Shown here piece by piece: positions 33,300 through 46,348 of a stretch of DNA of 64,000 nt. Below the pieces are notes generated by a model, which saw nothing but the letters and a program-made list of their open reading frames with translations, was not told the DNA's origin and did not search any database. Source of the stretch: the human T2T-CHM13v2.0 reference genome, Homo sapiens. The DNA lies in NCBI RefSeq assembly GCF_009914755.1, contig NC_060930.1, one strand, 5' to 3'. Numbering within the stretch: position 1 is the first letter of the stretch; the number at the start of each line of letters is the position of its first letter. The position numbers and the translations under genes were made by a program.

Positions 33300-33760
33300 A
33301 TATATTCCACTTTCCTTTATCACTAGATGTAACCATGGGACTAAGTTTTGGCCAAGAGATTTAAGAATATACAATTATGATATACCAATTAAAAACAGAT
33401 ATATTTTTAAAAAGAGTGAGTGTCACGTAATCACTTCCAGGAACCAGTCCTAATAGACACTTGACGTCTTTTGTCCCCTTTTTATTTGTCCCAAGTTTCA
33501 TCCTGCTTCCTAGAATCCTGATGTGAAGGGCTGGAGTTCTAGCAGTCTTCTTGGACCAGGAGGATGAGTGTTCCACCTTAAGATGGAGCAGTAGAGGCTG
33601 GCACGGGGCCAGGCCTCTAGATGATTTGGGGAATCCGCTATACCTGCCCTGGATTGCCAATCCCCAGGCTTTTACGTGAGAGAGAGATGGATTTCCATCT
33701 TGTGTAAGCCGCTGCTACTGTGGGCCTCTGCTTCTGGCCAAACCTGATCTCAACTGATAG
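33300..33760 (+). mobile_element. Old ERVL LTR (LTR16/LTR33-like)
   Basis: ccatgggactaagttttggccaa..., gctggagttctagcagtcttcttg. Confidence 0.5.
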
Positions 33761-34229
33761 CATGGAAAACAGCAGATGGAGAAGTTGCCAGAGAGTTTGA
33801 ACAGAGGAAAGACGGTGTCATGGAGACAAAGAAGGGCAGAATTTCAGAAAGGAGGTGACCTACAATGTGAAAGACGATGAGATCTGAGGACAAAGATTGA
33901 ACAGCCTGTAGGTGGATTCAAGCAAGCACTGTCTCATGTTAACTGTAAAGCAAACTGTAGGAAGACCCATTGCAGCACCTGCAAATACCCAAGGGCTGCC
34001 AACGTAGCTACATCCTGGGATGTGGGAGGTGCCTCTATATTATGAAGAGAAAAAAATACTGTAGACTCACTTCAGGCTGTATAGACTGTCTCAGCCTTCA
34101 GGGAATTAGAGACGCACAGTCATGGTAGTTTCTAAGGTCATCAAGATAACTAAAGAAGGTATCCAGGCATAGAGAGTAAGGAATGAGTGACGAAGCAAAT
34201 GCTTTTCCTCCTACTCTCTTCACTGGGCT

Positions 34230-34512
34230 AATAATGCTCACTGGCCCTTCAGATTTCAGCCTCAATGTCACCTCCTCCAATAGGCATTTCCTGGCCTTTC
34301 CTGTTGTAGTCTCTGATAGCTCCCAAAACTTTTCCTCCATATTTCTTTCCAACTTTTATCTACGCATTAATTTGTTTAATATCTATCTTGTTCAATGGTT
34401 TGCAAGTTGCATGAAGCTTTGGATCTTGCCTGGTCCGTTTCATTGCTGTATCTCCAAGGCCTAGCCCCTTGCCTGGCAAAATAACAGGAGCTCAATTAAA
34501 CACACGAATGAA
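34230..34512 (+). mobile_element. L2 3' fragment
   Basis: cattgctgtatctcca...cctggca...ggagctcaat. Confidence 0.55.
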
Positions 34513-35386
34513 GTTTCTCCTTACAGTTCTAGCACAATCTTTTTGATGTTCTGCTTAGTTTGCTCCTTGTGTGAGAGGGAGAGACTTTCTGATGCTGTTC
34601 CTGGCTTCTCAGTGTTTTCATCTAAAAAGTAATGATGAAGAGGAGAGATCAGAAGGTGGAATTTCTACATAATATCTATCTGGTTGGGTGAACTGTGTCT
34701 TACTTAATTCCTCATTCACTCATGGAGGGCACAAGGGAACCAATTATTTTACAAGACTGGGGTTCCCAAGGGTCTCTCAGAGCCTGGAGGAGTGCACGAG
34801 GCTTCTGAAGTTCCCCTGAGCATTTCTCAGGGTAAAGGCATTCTAATAGGTACCTGTTAGAAGACTATTTCTGATACAGAGAAAGGGCAGCATTCCAACC
34901 TTTCCCCACTGTACCTCCTCTCTGGCCTAACCCCTCATTTTCTTACCCTAGTTCTCTGCCCCCAGTGAGAGCCATTGCTCTTCCCCAACATACCTCAGGC
35001 ACCGCCCTCTATGCCTCAGCTCAGGTGGTTTCTCCTCCTGGATGTCCTCTGTCCCTGCCTCTCAAACACCATCCACTCTCAGAACCCATGCCAAATTCCA
35101 TCCTCTCTAGGAAGTCTTCCTGGATCACCCAGCAGGCACTTGTTTTTCTCCCACAATGCCTATTGTTTCATCTTCCTTTGAACATCAGCACATTCTGTCT
35201 TGTGGTGTTACTATTATTTTTAGATGGGTATTCAGTTTCCTGAAAGGATGCTGCCTTGGGCTTCCGTATAGCCCCTGGCTAGCTAGCAGACTGCCCTGAA
35301 CAGAGAAGACATCACTAGATAGCAGTTGGTTGACTGATTGCAGCATCCTGCTCCTTAACTATGCTTTCCTTTCACTGAAGTGGAGA

Positions 35387-35449
<63 letters not shown>
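35387..35449. repeat. (CA)n microsatellite
   Basis: Seen directly. Confidence 0.97.
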
Positions 35450-35801
35450 AGCTACAACCAATGCAGCCCCTGGTTTCATATTTTCATGAGGGGACTTTAC
35501 AACTTCTCATCTTGAACTGTCAGGCAGACATTCTACAAGATGCTGAGAATGTAATTTATTTTCCTGTCTCAAACAAAATCTGCTGTGGATAGTAACTTAT
35601 AAACTGTAATAGATGATTATAAGTGAGATTCATGTAATTGTTTCACAGCAAGCTTTAAATAAACACATAAATTTCAGTGTCCCTGTTTATTGGATTTCCC
35701 CACATGTTGGAATTGATCTGAGATCTTATTGAAGTGTAAACTATAAACCAGCCTCTGAGGCTGTTAAATCCAGAAAGGTAGGACTACAGATAATAGAATA
35801 G

Positions 35802-36294
<493 letters not shown>

Positions 36295-37135
36295 AAGATT
36301 TTCATTATCAAAAGCTCCTTTCGCAGTCATTTATCAGGTCAGCCCTAATGTCCTGTTTCAGTTGCATGAGGGCTTATTCGAAGTAACTTGGCCAGTCCCT
36401 TAGGTATAGGCCCAGCTCATTCACAGGTTGGAGTGGAGGCACATTTAGCAATGGTAGGGGTGATACAGAAAAGACAGTTGTAATGAAGGTCTTGGGACAC
36501 ACCTTAATACTGTCACCAAATGTCCCCAGGGCATCAACTTGCACTAGCATGCCCACCATGGGTGCACAGTCAGTGTCTCACGAGGCATGCCTCTCCTCTC
36601 TAGACTGCAAGCTCATGTCTGGACTTGGCTAAACCTCTTTCTTCCATGTTTCAAAGTGTTATGTTCATTTTATGTGTGTTATAAAATATTATGAACTGAT
36701 AAGCCTATGTTGCTATTGAAACCTTTCTTGCTAAAGCAGGCTGCGTCAGAATTACTGATGACTTCCAAGGGACAAATAAAAGGACCAACTTCAGTGGCAA
36801 CTTCACAGAGCAAACTGCCCAGGTTAAAAGAAAGGGAAATGACTTCCTTCTGCTAGGAAGAACTAACGCAGAAATTACTGATTTCCCAGCAGCAAGTTAT
36901 CTAAGTAGATAGTAGGATTGTATGTTCCTTTTTAATTTGCATATAAAAAATTTCAAGAATACTTTCTTCTCAAAGAGATGATGGGGTCATTCTAAGAAAG
37001 CAACATAATGCCCTCATTTGGAAGTAGTTGGAGGACCATACTTGCTAAAAGAGTTCTAAGCCTGGAAGAAAGCTGTTTTGCAAGGGGTTTTGCCACCAAA
37101 AGCCATGGGAAGGTCCAACAGAAAGAAAAACTTGA

Positions 37136-37344
<209 letters not shown>

Positions 37345-37419
37345 TGATGCTGTAATTGACAGTGGTTAGTGATTTTCATGTTTTCCTGTGATTTCTAAAC
37401 ATCCTATAACTGAACCATG

Positions 37420-38225
37420 GCTGTTACAAGCATGGATTCTGAAGCCAGCTAGGACTATCTGGGTTTAACTCCTGGCTCTGATATTTACTGACTTAACTTT
37501 TCTGTGCCTCAGTTTCCTCATCTGAAAAATGGGGATACTTATAATACCTACTTAATAAAGTTTTAAGGAGTGAGGACTAAGCTCTGATTTTTTTTGTCTT
37601 GCCCAAATTCCTATCTAAGGGTTCTAGGGAGTCATACTCTACAAACCATAAATTCTCATCAGATGGATTTTATTTAACCCTGTATATCATGACTTACTTT
37701 CCAATCTGACTCTGGTATAACGAGGAAGAAAATAAAATGTTTTACCCTAAAACATGTTTCTCTGCCATATCTTGAAATTGCCCTGCAAAGTCTCTTGTGG
37801 GAAAAATCCACATTCTGTAGAGAATTCCCTTTCCCCCTTGTTTTCCTTCCTTCCTTTCCAGATCCAGGAGATAATCAACTAAGAGCCAGGCACCCTTTGA
37901 AGTCTGATAAGAAACATTTTACAACCTGCTCTCTCTAAAGTCTGCTGAGTATTTCTTAAATGTATTTGATTGATGTCTCGTGCCTCCCAAAAATATGTAA
38001 AACCAAGCTGTATCCCAACCTCCTTGGGTACATGTTTTCAGGACCTCCTGAGGGCTGTGTCATGGGCTGTGGTCACTCATATTTGGCTCAGAATAAATCT
38101 CTTAAAATATTTTTACAGAGTTTGACTTTTTGTCAACAGGAGGATGAATAGGTTAATAAATGGAAAACTCTTAGAACAAGGCCTGGCACATACTGAGCAC
38201 TGTACAAATGTCTGTTGCTGCTACT
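37420..38225 (+). mobile_element. MIR split by a MER4 LTR
   Basis: MIR core tctgtgcctcagtttcctcatctg; resumes after the LTR. Confidence 0.75.
37571..38138 (+). mobile_element. MER4-family (ERV1) solo LTR with internal deletion
   Basis: TG...CA termini (tgaggactaagctctga...tgtcaaca) and 4-bp TSD ggag. Confidence 0.87.
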
Positions 38226-38299
38226 ACTATTATTGGGGGTATGGAGAGGGGAGGACTTTTTAAGAATTATGATTCAGAATTATTGAGAAAAGCAATTTA

Positions 38300-38530
38300 A
38301 AGAGCATGCACCCTTAATTTAGACACACCAGGTTTTAAGTTCATGCACCGTTATTAGCTGTGTGAACATAAGCAAGAAATGTATGTCTATAAGAATCAGT
38401 GACTTTGTCTATAAAATGGGTTGATGTTAGTATACACTCTGTAGGGTTGTAAGGGTTAAATAAGTGAATGCTTGAAAAGTACTTAGCATAATGTTGGCAC
38501 ATAGTAAATATTCCAAAATATTAACTATGT
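38300..38530 (+). mobile_element. MIR
   Basis: ttattagctgtgtga...ctataaaatggg. Confidence 0.6.
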
Positions 38531-39115
38531 TTCTTATATCATTACCTCAGTGCTTTACCTTCTTTAAAGAATAATTTCAGTGGTGTGTTATCAGTTTAAA
38601 TTTAGTGATTTTAGTTCTTTTGAATACTTATGCTTGTCTGTCTTAATAAAGTATTATCTTCATAACATAGAATGAAACGTATAATTGAGCAGGAAAATGT
38701 GATATGATACTGTCTTTTTTTCTCACTTTAACGTACTTAGAGGACATCTAATAATTCAGATCATAGGCCATTCCCAAGGCCCTATATTTTACCTGTTGGC
38801 AACCACCCTGATTGCAGGCAGAGAACCAAAGGGAAAATACGCATCTCTAAAGAGCCAGCCTCAGAAACCTAACCCATAAGATGGTGGCAAATGCCACATG
38901 TGATTAAGTGAAACAATGAATTTATGGAAACTCAGATATTTCAGAGAAAGCCATGATTTTTCTTTGGAAATATGGGAAATAATCTTTTTCCAAACTATGT
39001 TTTGGAAAAACTCTAAAGAAATACAAAATCAAGGAATGATCTTACATTTTTATTTCATAAAATGACATATTGGAAGTAAATATCTAGAACCATGGCAGCA
39101 TTTGGTCCTCTAAAC

Positions 39116-39439
39116 CAGGGGTCCCCAACCCCTGGGCCATAGACTGGTACCGATCTCTGGCCTGTTGGGAACCAGGCCGCACAGCAGGAAGTGAGCATTG
39201 GGCGAGTGAGTAGTGTCACCTGAGCTCCGCCTCCTGTCAGATCAGTGGCAGCATTAGAGTCTCATAGGTGTGCAAACTTTATTGTGAAATGCGAATGTGA
39301 GGGATCTAAGTTGCACACTCCTTATGAGCTCCTTATAAGAATCGAATTCTCCCACCTCATCTGCAGCTACTCCCCGCCCCCTGTGGAAAAATTGTCTTCC
39401 ACAATACCGGTCCCTGGTGCCAAAACGGTTGGGGATTCG
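39116..39439 (+). mobile_element. MER1B (hAT-Charlie)
   Basis: TIR caggggtccccaac and 8-bp TSD ctctaaac/ctctgaac. Confidence 0.88.
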
Positions 39440-39641
39440 CTCTGAACAAAGCAGCACTGAATGAGTGGCATAGAGATGGTGGACTGTCCTGGGAAAGAGA
39501 CAAGTCAGGGATTGCAGGCTGTGTGTGCCACTCACTGTGGGCTTCCTCAAGGAACAGATCTGAATTAGGATGAGATACTGCTAAAGTTAGAAGGGCTAAC
39601 CATCAGAACCTCAGGGGGAAAATTAAACAGTTGTATAGATT

Positions 39642-39850
39642 GGGGGTTAGCAAACTACAGCCTGTAGGCCAACTCCAGCTGCCCACCACCTGTTTTTGTA
39701 CATAAAGTTTTGTTGGAACACAGCCATGTCCGTTTATTAATGAATTGTCTGTAGCTACAACAGCAGAGTTGAGTGGTTGTATCAGAGACTGTAGGACCTA
39801 TAAAGCCTAAAATATTTGCTATCCAGCCCTTGACAGAAGACCTTTGCCTG
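39642..39850 (+). mobile_element. MER58A
   Basis: gcaaactacagcctg...taaagttttgttggaacacagcca. Confidence 0.8.
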
Positions 39851-40067
39851 CTTCAGTTAACCAATTTGGTTCATCTAAAGAGCCATAAAAAATATTAAAA
39901 AGCAAACGATAAAATGAAGAAAATATTTACAACATATGTAATAAATCATGGGTTAATTGCTTTAAAATAGCTATATAACAGTAATAAAAAATACAAAATA
40001 TATTGCTTTCTAAATCAACAAGCAAAACATGAATAGCACCAACAGAGAAATGGATAAAGGCCATAAA

Positions 40068-40641
40068 TAGAGTTCTCCAGAAGAAGAGAACTAATAGGAT
40101 ATATGTATATATGAAAGTGAGTTTGTTAGGGAGAATGGGCTCATATAATCACAAGGCGAAGTCCCACAATAGGCCATCTGCAAGCTGGGGAAGAAAGCAG
40201 CCAGTAGCGGCTTAGTCCGAGTCCAAAAGCCTCAAAAGCAGGGAAGCTGACAGTGCAGCCTTCAGTTTGCAGCCAAAGGCCCAAAAGCCCCCAGCCAACC
40301 ACTAGTGTAAGTCCCAGAGTCCAAAGGCCGAAGAACCTGGAATCTGATGTCCAAGCAGGAGGAACAGGAGGAAGCATCCAGCACAGGAGAAAGATGAAAG
40401 CCAGAAGACTCTGCAAGCCAGCTTACCCCACCTTCTTCCGTCTGTTTTGTTCTAGCCACACTGGCAGCTGATTTGATGGTGCCCACCTACATTGAGGGTG
40501 GGTCTTCCTCTCCCAGTCCACTGACTCAAAAGTCAATCTCCTCTGGCAACACCTTCACAGACACACCCAAAAACAATGCTTTGCCAGCCATCTAGGCATC
40601 CTTCAATCCAATCAAGTTGACATCTAATATTAACCATCACA
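40068..40641 (-). mobile_element. MLT2B-type ERVL LTR
   Basis: ...caatccaatcaagttgacatctaatattaaccatcaca. Confidence 0.85.
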
Positions 40642-41402
40642 TAGCCCATTCACTAATGAAGAACTGACTGGCCTATAAGCCTAGGAAACACTGATAACAC
40701 CACTAGTAATCAAGGAAACACAAATTAAACCAATAAAAATATTTTTTCCAGGAAAATGGCAACAACTTTTCTTCTTTTATTTTCTTCTTTTTTATTTTAT
40801 TTTTTACTTGATACTCCAGGTTGATGAAGTTATGGGGAGAAAGAAAGAACTCTCATATGTTCAAGTGTAAAAAGGGCAAATTTTCAGGAAGACATTTGGC
40901 AATATGCGCCAAAAATCTTTAAAGTTGTGCTTTCCCTTTGATGTAAAAAAATCACTTCTGGGAATTTTTCTTAGGAAGTAATTGGACATGGCATAAAGAT
41001 ATGGATACATAGATATTCATGGCAGCAAATTTGGAAACACTTTAGCTGTGAATAAAACAAGATTGGTTAAATGAAGTAGAGTATATACAACATAGTATTA
41101 TGCAGGCATTAAAATCATGAAATAATGTATGTTTATTGACATGGAAAGAGGTTCCCAATTTAAAAATAATATTAATGTACATCACAGCCAACTGGAAGGA
41201 CAGAAGCTCTAGCCTGGGGCTTACAGAATGAGTAATGCGAGTCTCCATAACAAAAACATTGCCGAAAACGTCAACCCCCCAGCTGTCAAACTGGAAGTAA
41301 CCTTGTAAAGTCCAGATCCCTCATTCTGTATATGCTGAAGTCCAAGTCCCAGAAAGGAAGTGAATTGACCAAAGTCACATAGCCAATTAAGCTGAGAGTT
41401 GT

Positions 41403-41587
41403 ACATAACAGGAACCTCATTGTAATGGCTTAAGCAAATAGGGATTAATTTGTTCAAAAGCACCAAAAAGTCCATAGACTGGCAGTACAAGGCTAATACA
41501 GCTGCCCTGTGATGCCATCAGGGACCCAGACCCGTCCTGCTTCCCATTCCTACCCGTGCGACTTTGGTTCTGCTGGTGAGATGGCTG
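41403..41587. repeat. 185-bp direct duplicate of 42567-42751
   Basis: Manual alignment gives 11 mismatches and no indels. Confidence 0.93.
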
Positions 41588-41964
41588 TGTTTTGCTGAGA
41601 AAAATTGTTCTCCATGGCCCCATCACAACCTGGATGGGGACATCTGGATGCTTCCTGGGAAATTTTATCATAATGCTATCCCATATCCCTACATGGTCTA
41701 AGTTTGTGCTCTGTACCTCTTTTCATCCCAGAGGAGTCATCATGATTTGCTTTCAGTAAGTTATTGGATACACGGTTCCTCTCTGCTCTGTTGTAAGCTC
41801 TTGGAAAATACAGAACATGTGTTATTTATTTCCTGGATTTCTTTGCAGTTTAGACAGTGGTTTAAATGTAGTAGGTTTTCAAGTTCTTCTGGAATATTTG
41901 TTGTTTCTGTGTTTGGTTGGTTAGTTTAGTTTTCCCCATTCATGTGAGCTTAGCATGGTGCACC

Positions 41965-42180
41965 ATCTCTGAAGCCTGGGTTTGAACTCAGTTCTGCTAT
42001 TTACTAGCTAAGCAATACTGAAAAATTTAGTTAACCTCTCTGTGCCTCAGTTCCTCATTTCAATAATGGAGATAAAGATAGTACCTGGGTGTTGTGAAAA
42101 TTGAGTGAGTTTGTATTTGTAAAACACTTATACCAGGGTTTCGGCACATATTAATAGTAAGAACTGTATAGGCGCTTGTT
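41965..42180 (+). mobile_element. MIR
   Basis: ttaacctctctgtgcctcagttcctcat. Confidence 0.7.
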
Positions 42181-42554
42181 AAAAAAAGAACTTTAGTTTA
42201 GGAAATCTCTGATGTGTATGTACATGGAGCAGCTTAGATGGACAAAAACCTCACACAAATGAACATGTGAGGATCCCAAATGCCAGTTTCCAAAGGTATT
42301 AGTGGGGAAATCATGCGGAGAAAAACAGATATTTTTGTGGCAATTCAAAACCAAAGCAGGAGAACTTAGAGTCCTAAGTGTAGGAAAAAGGAGAAAATGT
42401 ATATTTAGGAACTCATTTGGGTTTAAGAACTCATTTTTTTAGAAACCAGTTGGAATGAACACCCAGGAAAAGTATCTGCCTCTCTTGGGAGGAGATGGTT
42501 AGTTCTGAAGCAAGGATTGCCCTGCGTTTTCAACAGTATCATGCATTTAAAATT

Positions 42555-42975
42555 GCAGTCACCTGCACATAACAGGAACCTCATTGTAATGGCTTAAGCA
42601 AATAGGGATTAATTTGTTCAAAAGCAACAAAAAGTCCATAGATGGGCAGTGCAAGGCTAATACAGCTGCCCCGTGATGCCATCAGGGACCCAGACCTGTT
42701 CTGCTCCACATTCCTACCTGTGCGACCTTGGTTCTGCTGGTGAGATGGCTGCTGTGCCTCCGGGCGTCATGTGTGCAGTTTAGCCAAGAAGAAAGAGAAA
42801 GGAGGAATGACAAAAGCAGTAATACCCACTGGGTCTTCCCCTTTTAAGAGCTTCCTCGAAAAGCCCGCCCAGGAACTTCTGAGTATATCTTATTGGCCAA
42901 AACTGGGGTCACATGACTATTCTTCTCTGTAAATAAGTTTGGGGAGGTAAACATTTTGGCTTGTCACATTGAGCC
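42555..42975 (-). mobile_element. Old MLT1-type MaLR LTR
   Basis: ggcttaagcaaata..., agatggctgc, ttattggccaaaactggggtcacatg. Confidence 0.6.
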
Positions 42976-43039
42976 CCGTGAACTCAAGTCGTGTTAATAA
43001 GGAAGAAGAGGAGAGTGGTTATTGCCTAGGCAGCAAGCA

Positions 43040-43360
43040 ATGGGGCCATATTGGAAGACTGTGAGCCCTTTAATAAGCAGCAGAGTAGAAAGTGGAGCCA
43101 TTTGCTGAGACTGGAAAAACAGGTACAGAAACAGTTTCTTTGGGAGAAATTAGGAGTGCTGTTTGGATACGTTAAGTTTGAGGTGCTTATCAGACATCCA
43201 AAGGGAGACGTTGAGTCTTCTGTTGGATATAAAAGTTTAGAGCTCAGGGCTGGGGATTTAATTATGCTGTCATCAAACTATAGAGTGCTTCTATTTTTCC
43301 CATAAAGATGAGGTAAGTCCATGAGCTGAGAGTGGAGAGAGAAAAAGAGATTTGAGGAGA
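43040..43360 (-). mobile_element. L2 fragment
   Basis: tttggatacgttaagtttgaggtgc...gacatcca. Confidence 0.6.
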
Positions 43361-44088
43361 GAGAGAGTATACCATCATCCCCCAGGAGAGTGTGAAAGCA
43401 AACTCACTGGGTGGTAGGATTGCTGGGGAGCGTGGGTGTCCTTTTGATATTCATGGTTTTGAACTTGTGCAACCAGCCAGTCAAACTGTGTTGTTTTTCT
43501 TGAGCAGTGTTTGGTTGCTTGGGTGAAATCACACAAAAGTAGATTTGCCCAGTCTTGACTTTTTCCTGCTATATCTGAGGAAAACAGAAAAGGACAAGGG
43601 AATTGAGAGTGATTACAAGTTGATGATTATAATTTTATGATGAATATTACAAAAAGTTGTGGCTTATAGACTGCCAGTCTTGATAAGGTAAAAAATTATG
43701 TTTTGGGGCCTCTAGAACCAATATGTTTGAAAGATGAGAGGTGGTGATCAGATTATGGGATATTTGAAAAAGGGATTTCAGGCATGGCACAGTTATTAGT
43801 GAAGACAAGGTCTAGGGTGTGATCTTGCGAGAGGGTGACTGAGAGAGAGGAAGAAAAAGGTTGCTGCAGAGGGCATCAAACCTCTAAGGGCTAGGACATT
43901 CACAAGGATGGTGAAGTTTCCAAAATGAAGGAAGGACAAAGAGGGGAAGGGTCACCAGTGAGTCAGGAGTTAATGCCGTAGAATAATGGCCACAGGGATG
44001 GTGCAGGGGTTTGGAGGTGGTGACTAAGGAAAAAAAAAAAAAAACGGCAGGTGGTGTATGCCAGTGGTGTGAGCTTCAAAAGAAGGTA

Positions 44089-44597
44089 TAGTTGGTCCCC
44101 GAACAATGCAGAAGTTAGGAGCCCTGGCTCCCCTCGCAGTGGAAAATCTGCATATATATAATTTTGATTCCCCTAAAACTTAACTACTAATCGCTTACTG
44201 CTGACACAAAGCCTTACAAATAACATAAACAGACAATTAATGCATATTTTGTGTTATATTATTATGTACTGTATTCTTACAATAAATTAAGCTAGAGAAA
44301 ATAAAGTGTTTTTAAGAAAAATCATAAAAAAGAGAAAATATATGTACTGTTCACTAAGTGGAAATGAATCATCATGAAGGTCTTTATCCTCATTGTCTTC
44401 ACATTGATTAGGCTGAGGAAGAGAGGGAAGAGGAGGGGTTGATCTTGCTGTCTCAGGGATGACAAAGGTAGAAGAGGTGGAGGAGGTGGAAGGGGAAGCA
44501 GAAGAAGCAGGCACGCTTGGTGTAACTTTTATTGAAAAAAAATCCACGCATAAGTGGACCCAGGCTGTTCAAACCCATGTTGTTCAAGGGTCAACTG
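44089..44597. mobile_element. Tigger2-derived MITE (TcMar-Tigger)
   Basis: TIR ...ttgttcaagggtcaactg with TA flanks. Confidence 0.8.
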
Positions 44598-44970
44598 TAG
44601 CGTCACAAGAGAAGAGTCTGAAGATAGAATACTGTCTGCTAAATGTGGTAGATCAAGGCTCTAGGGAAGATGGACTGGATGAGGGGCGAGGATGGAGGGG
44701 TTGGTCTAGAAAAGGGAAACAGCACCCCATCCTCTGAGAATGGAGGAAGCAGAAGAGTAGGTGTTTAGGTTTTGGACCTTCATAGGCTCAAGTGGGTGAT
44801 GTTTGTCTCCTGCAAATGAGGAAGGTGGAGATGGTTGGGAGTAAGGACTTAAGGTTTGGGATAGACATTGACGAGAATGACAAAATATCTTTTCCTGATG
44901 ACAAGTAGCAGGATTCTCAAACCCTCCTGAGGAAGACACTGATGAGTTTGCTGCAGCATCCAGTGGCTGC

Positions 44971-45461
44971 TGTGATAGTTCATCATATGGGTCAACTTGG
45001 CTGAGCCATGGGATGGTCGAATATTTGGTCAGACATCAGTCTGGGTGTTTGCAAGGGTGTTTCTGGAAGAAATTAGCATTGAATCAGCAGCATGAGTGAA
45101 GTAGATGGCCTTCCCCAATGAGGGGGGGGCCTTGTCCCATCTGTCGAGGGCCTGAATAGAATAAAAGGGAGGAAGAAGTTTGAATTCTGTCTGACTGACA
45201 AGGATATTCTCCTGCTCTCAGCACTCCTGGTTCTCAGCCTTCAGCACAGGACTGGAATCTGCACCATCAGCTCTGTGGTTCTCAGGCCTTCTAGCTACAC
45301 CACCAGCTGTCCTGGGTCTCTAGCATGCAGACTGCAAATCATGGAACTCCTCAGCCTCCATAATCACATGAGCCAATTCCTTATAATAAATCTTTCCGTA
45401 GATATACATCTATTTATATGTCCTATTAGTTCTGTTTCTCTGGAAAACCATGACTAATACA
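44971..45461 (+). mobile_element. MLT2 (D-like) ERVL LTR
   Basis: tgtgatagtt...gtcaacttggct...tgactaataca. Confidence 0.8.
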
Positions 45462-45504
45462 GATGCCATGGCTATAGGACTTTTCTGATGAAGCTCAGCT
45501 GTCA

Positions 45505-46091
45505 GATCCATTTAACCAGTCTCTACGAACTTCCAAAATTTCCCTCATTTTCCTGTGTTCTTCTAAGCCCTCTAAACTTTTTAAACCTCTGCCTGTTACC
45601 CAGTTCCAAAGCCACTTCCACATCTTCAGGTATCTTTATAACAATGCCCTGGTCCTCGATATCAACTTTCTGTATTAGTCCGTTTTTGTGTTGCTGTAAA
45701 GAAATACTTGATTTTGAGTAATTTACATAGAAAAAAAGTTTAATTTGTTTACAGTTCTGTAGGCTGTACAGGAAGCATGGTGCTGGCATCTGCTCAGCTT
45801 CCAGTGAGAACTCATGGAGCTTTTATTCATGGTAGAAAGCAAAGTGGGAGCCAGCATGTCACATGGTGAGAGAGAAAACAAGAGAGAGAGGAGGGAAGTG
45901 CTACACTCTTTTAACAATCAGATCTTGTGTGAACTCAAAGTAAGAATGCACTCATTATCATTAGGACAGCACCAAACCATTCATGAGGAATCCACCTCTG
46001 TGATTCAGACCCCTCCCACTAGGCCCACCTTCAACATTGGAGATCACATTTCAACATACGTTTTGGAGGGAGCACACATATAACCATATCA
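45505..46091 (-). mobile_element. MST-type 5' LTR (45671-46091) plus a short internal stub
   Basis: tgtattagtccg...aaccatatca; the stub resembles 21500-21640. Confidence 0.82.
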
Positions 46092-46104
46092 CCATGGGAG
46101 TGCA

Positions 46105-46348
46105 ACTGGTGGCTCTATGAGAAGAGGAAGAGAGACCTGAGCCAGCACACTCAGCCCCTTTACCATGTAACGCCCTGCACCACCTCAGGGCTCTGCAGAG
46201 TCTCCACCAGCCAGAAGGCCCTCACCAGATGTGATTCCTCGGCCTTGGGCTTCCCAGCCCCCAGAACTGTAAAAAATAAATATTATTTCTTTATAAATTA
46301 CCCTGTTTCAGGTATTCTCTCATAAGGAACACAGAATGCACTAAGACA
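46105..46348 (+). mobile_element. MSTC/D-type LTR 3' half
   Basis: gaaggccctcaccagatg...ctaagaca. Confidence 0.7.
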
